Assembly (NCBI RefSeq): GCF_001194135.2
Contig: NC_068984.1
Span: 54,923,398-54,965,293, forward strand
From: Octopus bimaculoides
Taxonomy: Eukaryota
Reading direction: 5' to 3'
Length of the DNA: 41,896 bases
Positions 36,046-41,896 of this stretch are shown here, piece by piece. The notes under the pieces are model-generated. The model was not told the origin of the DNA. It made no database searches and saw only the letters and a program-made list of their open reading frames with translations. The translations under genes were made by a program, and so were the position numbers. How positions within the stretch are numbered: the first letter of the stretch is position 1; each line of letters starts with the position of its first letter.

Positions 36046-36521
36046 GGATATCAGAAGGAAACCATTTTTGTCTGAAAAACAAACGATCGAGTTTTATGTA
36101 CAGTGTTTATATTACTTGTATGACTTGTAACAAACATACCGAGCTTCTATTTACTCTCGTAAATTTTACATGCACTTTGAATGCCGGGTGTTTGTACATA
36201 TGAGCATTTGAATGCATTTATATACAGTGATATATATACACACACATATACATATATATATACACAGTTAGCTAAACTTATTGTAAAGTATTATTATTAT
36301 TTAATAATACCTCCTTAAATTCATTAATATACAATTTACAAACATTACTACCTATACGATAACATTTCGCCCTCCCAATTTAAAATGTACTTAATATTTT
36401 TAGATTTTAGTTCCTAAATATATTTACTAAGGTCAGTAGAATTAATCAAATTTCTTTTCTTAAAGGAATGCATGTATACGAAATATGGAAGGAATTACAA
36501 TACACTAGAACCTTGCCTCCC

Positions 36522-36522
<1 letters not shown>

Positions 36523-36560
<38 letters not shown>

Positions 36561-36606
36561 AGAGAAAGAGAGAGAGAAAGAGGAACAAAGACAGAGACTG
36601 AGATAA

Positions 36607-36638
<32 letters not shown>

Positions 36639-36662
36639 GTAGATAGATAGATAGATAGATAT

Positions 36663-36709
<47 letters not shown>
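36523..36709. repeat. (TA)n,(GA)n,(GATA)n compound repeat
   Basis: Directly visible. Confidence 0.96.
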
Positions 36710-37289
36710 CTCAATATAAGAAAAATCTTTAAGCTTCCTGAGATGGCTTACATTAAGACAGTTTTTCTTTCATTGTTTTTGCGGATTCTTAATTCCTGCT
36801 TCGTGATGGATTCAGATTTGATCTATCTTCCCGGCAGCTCACTGTTACACGTCCATACTGTTTGGTATTCGTTGCGGTATTCTCTTATTCTCTTATAACA
36901 ACAACAACAACAACAACAACAAGTATGATAATAATACTAATAATAATAATAAGTGGCTGGATGTGTTCTTCGTTGCTCTGACCTGTCAGCAGCTGAAGTG
37001 ACAGAAACACTAATACTACCCAGAATGACAACTGAAAAATAATTCTAAAAGACTGGAATATCTGCAGTTTCCTGTGAGTATATTGAATTACCCTCAAAAT
37101 AAATTAAGGAACTTACATATCTACAGCTTTCGAACACATAAACGATTAGCTTTAAAACCTTTTAATATCTACACTATCTGTGACTACCTATCATTTTTCC
37201 TTTCTCCCTGAATATTCGGACTACAGTTTTCTCTGTTCGGACAGACGAAAGATCATCTCCAGTAAATTTTAAAAACTTCATATCTTTAT

Positions 37290-37451
<162 letters not shown>

Positions 37452-40425
37452 TAGGCACAACGTCAAAAGTACTGATACTTACTCTTATACGTCAATGAAT
37501 TTGTAGGACCAATTGTATACGCAACAACTATGGTACTATATCTTGGTACATGATTTTTTTGATGTAGTTGTTTTCAATGTTTTATAATAACAAAGAGAAT
37601 AATATTTAGCACTATTTTGCGCGAACTGTGACAAGTTCCCATGAAATTTGCATGTGAGACACCAATAGCAATTTTATATACTAGTACTTGACAGAGTTTA
37701 TTTAAATAAATTACAATAACATACTAAATAAAGAAATAAAGTGAAAAGAATGAGAATATAAAAAGCTTAAATAAATAAAAAGATTTAAAAAGTGGAAAGA
37801 AATAGACATAAACATCGAAAGTAGAAATGTATTTTCTTCTTTACGACTGGTCAACTCATAGTACTTCAAATCAAACATCGAATTATCAATTAAATGTTTT
37901 TTTCCTTCTACTTGAAAACTTATCACGATTTATCAATCGTTCTGATTTGGCGATCGCCAATAACTACTGATTTAATTCTACAATACAATTTCCTCTGATT
38001 GGTTTAACTGTTTAATACTTCGTAAACGAAGCGTTTGAAATATCCCTTTTGAAAATTTCTTCATAGAAGTCCACAAATACAATCATTGGATATCATAGTA
38101 GGGAACGTAACTCATAGGGATTAAAAGACCCAAGTTTTGACCTTGTTGCAGAGCTTTTAATCAGCCATAACATCTCAGTATCACAACAATCCAACAATTC
38201 ATGTGTGTGAGATTTTTATCTCTCAAGTGTGCCTTACAAATGCTGCGCCCCTCAGCAACATACGAGTAAAATTAAGTCGCTCCTTTTCATAAATGCAGGA
38301 ACGACATTTATTTAGGGGGTGCAAACCGAGGCTCAGCCCATGATGTTCAAAGCATTTTTAGTTCTTCCCACCATTTCAGAGGATGCACCCCTGCAGCCTC
38401 TGTTCTCGAGCTTTTTTTCCTCTTTTACCGTTATATTGCTTCATATAACGATTACCTGATATATGATTACAATCGAATATGTAAAGAAAGGACTGAAGTG
38501 AAAGAACATTAAGAGGTTACTATTTAAGTGACCTGATAAGAATTAGCTGGGTGGGCTCATTAAGGGCAGGTTTCTATGAACAAAAGAGGGTGCTTTCGGT
38601 AGTAGAATATTAGTTGCAAACTTTTGCCTTTCCTTGATTTGGTCAGATACAATTCACTCAATAACTATAGAGTAATGTAATCATCGGCTCTACACTTTAC
38701 ATGTTACTTGTTAACAACGGCAACATTTCATTTCCATAATAAAATAAACTTATCTGATAATCTTTTATTTATTGGTTATCATTTTTCTTATTGTTTTATT
38801 TAAATTTTTATATTGATGTTGGTGTGGGTCGTGGTCGGATCGATTCGATCGACTAAACGCCCCCTTCATATTTTGTGAATGTTGCTTATGTTGAAATTAC
38901 TGTTATTTCTATTTAGTCAATTATTTGATTAATAGTATACTAATGGTAACGCCAACCTCTCATTATCATGTCCCAAATAAAAAAAAATCGTTTTCGTTTC
39001 ATCACTTAATTCATTAAGAAGCATTTCTACTTCTCTTTTAAGTCCTGAATATACCTCTCTCTCTCTTGTTAAAAATGTGAGATGTTTTGTAAAGTATTGA
39101 TTTTGTTTCTGCTGTGCTAATGTCAAGTTTCTTTTCTTTACATTATCTAGTTTATATTTTGACTTTAAGGTTTATTATCTCCCTTAAGTTCAACCGCTTT
39201 GGGGGTAAGTTATGAACATCTTCAAATCCAATTTTTTCTTCATCTGTAATACATAACTACCTATGTAGTAAATGAAAATTATCTACTTAAATATAAAACA
39301 TAACCAATATTTTAATGTTAATCTTATATATTTTTAATACGTTCTATTCAGAACACTCGATTCTTATAATTTTACTATTTGGAAATAAATCTCATTTTCA
39401 TAATTCGTTATCATGTGTAGCAAACATCGATATACTATCAAATATATAGTTATTAAGCTTGGAAAACTGAGAATAGTTATGTTTAAGATCTTTCTTAAAC
39501 ACCTGTATATATGTGTATGTGTGTGTGTGTGTGTATTTCAAGACTGAAAGTACATGTACATATAGGTAAGTTTATGCCTAACTTAACATATTTATAGGGC
39601 ATACGATATTATATGTTATCTTTAAAATTAATTATTCATTTCTATTTTATGTCGACCCTTTTCAGCACTATGAACGAAATTATCTCAGTTTTCTGTCACC
39701 CAAAATATCGATAAAACATAATATGTGAATAAGTTTAAATTTTATACTCATCGATCAATGTCTAAGTTGAAATGAAGCTATGATATAAAGTCTGGCAAAT
39801 GTATTTTTGAATAAGTTACAGTGTACCAGATAAGTTGGAAGATTTCAGTAGTGACGGTAAGTAATTAAAGAAGAGAGATAATATTCTCCAGGGACATATT
39901 TCTGAAAACATAATATGGTATTGATAGTTAACTTGTTTGATATGAATTTTATGCACTTAGATAGACAACCATTTATCAATGTGGGAATACGAATTGATCG
40001 AGAATGGAAATTGTACAGTTATTGATAACATACCACATAAAAAAACATCAGTACGTTTTAAAGAAATATATACTTTCTGGGAAAACAAACTACTGGACGA
40101 AGATCAATAATTTAGATACTATGAGCATTATACATCAAATCTGAGATGTATAAATGATCTGTACAAAAACATAGACTAATTGAAATTGGTGCAGAGAGCA
40201 ATGTTGAAATATATTGTTTTATCTGGCTTTTGTGACTTGTCTAACAGTTATTATCAAAATGGGAAATAAACTGAAACATGGAGGAAAACCATTACAAATA
40301 TCATGTTATAATTCTGCTTCTTACTCCGTTAGTAAGTTAGCACGAGCGTTATACTCTGCCCAGTTACCACTGCTTTAACTTGGATTACGTTACCGCATGA
40401 GCTAGTGGTACAAGCCTATCGATTC

Positions 40426-40536
<111 letters not shown>

Positions 40537-40545
40537 ACACGTATA

Positions 40546-40686
40546 CCACCAGTTGCTTTCAGTTTCCGTCTACTAAATTCACAAGGCTTTGGTCGGCTCG
40601 AGGCTATAGTAGAAGACACTTGCCCAAGGGGCCACGCATTGAGACTGAACCCGGAACCAAGTTACTTACCACCACAAACCCACTCC

Positions 40687-40687
<1 letters not shown>
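40546..40687 (-). mobile_element. SINE family B, 5' part with a small deletion in the tRNA head
   Basis: Reverse complement of the 4911-5065 region; 40616-40687 recurs exactly at 41017-41088 across a gap. Confidence 0.87.
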
Positions 40688-40737
<50 letters not shown>

Positions 40738-41374
40738 GTATATGCGGGACTATTTATGATGNNNNNNNNNNNNNNNNNNNNNNNNNNNNNNNNNNNNNNN
40801 NNNNNNNNNNNNNNNNNNNNNNNNNNNNNNNNNNNNNNNNNNNNNNNNNNNNNNNNNNNNNNNNNNNNNNNNNNNNNNNNNNNNNNNNNNNNNNNNNNNN
40901 NNNNNNNNNNNNNNNNNNNNNNNNNNNNNNNNNNNNNNNNNNNNNNNNNNNNNNNNNNNNNNNNNNNNNNNNNNNNNNNNNNNNNNNNNNNNNNNNNNNN
41001 NNNNNNNNNNNNNNNNACACTTGCCCAAGGGGCCACGCATTGAGACTGAACCCGGAACCAAGTTACTTACCACCACAAACCCACTCCTATATATATATAT
41101 ATATGTATATGTAAATGATAGGATTGCTTCAATATTTCAGGGGTAATCTGAAGTATCCAAGCAGCCAGGGGATATCTAAATCCGAAGGCACTTCTGGGAA
41201 TTACTTGTGTGGGTACCGTCTTCGTTAGAAGGTATCCAGAGGCAGGTAATTTATTGTTTAAACCGCAGTTTATAATTATAGTTATGTGGAGAATGGAGAA
41301 ACAAACAAAAGAAGAAGCAAGTCAACTGGGCTAGTTAACCATTGATTTAATTATGTGGAGATTATATAATGAGT

Positions 41375-41426
41375 CATTTACGTACGTTTCAATGTGCCAA
41401 ATGGTTTGGCAGATCTATTCAGAATG
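41375..41426 (-). ncRNA. Type I hammerhead motif, core mutated (CUGAAUA)
   Basis: Minus strand: CAUU CUGAAUA GAUc-UGCCAAA-cca-UUUGGCA-cAUU GAAA C-GUAC-G UA|AAUG; G8 replaced by U. Confidence 0.72.
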
Positions 41427-41721
41427 TTGAGGAGTATGTTAGAGTTTATGGTGTGAGATATGCAGGAGAAACAATTAGTGGATATATTAATGCATATGGT
41501 GGTATAAGAAAAGCATTAGGTAAAGTTAATCTTACATTTTAGGAACTACCAGCTTAAATATCACACACACTACCTCCCCTTCCAGGAAGACTAACACAAC
41601 TTCAACTAAAATGTAAGACTAACTTTACCTAATGCTATTCTTATACCACCATATGCATTAATATATCCATTAATTGTTTCTCCTGCATCTCTCACACCAT
41701 GAACTCTAACATACTCCTCAA

Positions 41722-41773
41722 CATTCTGAAGAGATCTGCCAAATCATTTGGCACTTTGAAACGTACGTAAATG
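41722..41773 (+). ncRNA. Type I hammerhead motif with intact core (GUA triplet)
   Basis: CAUU CUGAAGA GAuc-UGCCAAA-uca-UUUGGCA-cuUU GAAA C-GUAC-G UA|AAUG; predicted cut after 41769; stem I is only 4 bp. Confidence 0.82.
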
Positions 41774-41896
41774 ACTCATTATATAAACTCCACATAATTA
41801 AATCAATGGCTAACTAGCCCAGTTGACTTGTTTCGTCTTGTGTTTGTTTCTCCATTCTTCACATAACTATATATATGTATATATATATATATATAT

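Larger units (their letters stand above)
41277..41871. mobile_element. Fold-back element: 266-bp inverted arms, each with a hammerhead motif (Penelope inverted-pLTR-like)
   Basis: Arms 41277-41542 and 41606-41871, about 14 mismatches by eye (~95% identity); 63-nt spacer. Confidence 0.88.

Noticed and set aside
36885-37097. Signal-peptide plus TM-like minus ORF
   Set aside because: The TM-like part is the (TTA)/(TTG) microsatellite; the remainder is too short to support an exon.
40616-41088. Exact 72-bp SINE B duplicate across a gap
   Set aside because: Identical including a private deletion and following (TA)n; likely an assembly artefact, though a real tandem duplication is not excluded.

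Overview
AT-rich, repeat-dominated animal genomic DNA from a gapped short-read assembly. The SINE families and very dense (CA)n/(TA)n/(TATG)n microsatellites suggest a cephalopod such as Octopus; this is inferred from recalled repeat sequences, not from a search. I cannot support any intact protein-coding gene: most long ORFs in the track are microsatellite or N-gap artefacts. Identifiable content is four decayed Tc1/mariner DNA transposons, three tRNA-derived SINE families, one clear 3' fragment of an RTE-type LINE, and many simple and tandem repeats. The main result is five type-I hammerhead ribozyme (HHR) motifs at three loci (7.9 kb, 30.1/30.6 kb, 41.4/41.7 kb). All have a 2-bp stem III closed by a palindromic-type tetraloop (CCGG, UCGA, GUAC). 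The 30-kb motifs sit in a ~354-nt tandem unit resembling a retrozyme or Penelope pseudo-LTR, and the 7.9-kb motif lies in a diverged relative of that unit. The 30-kb and 41-kb loci are long fold-back inverted repeats with the ribozymes pointing outward. A third near-perfect ~790-bp palindrome (26.3-27.1 kb) truncates a mariner element. Four of the five HHR copies carry a substitution in the core, cleavage triplet or first stem II pair, so activity is untested and uncertain.
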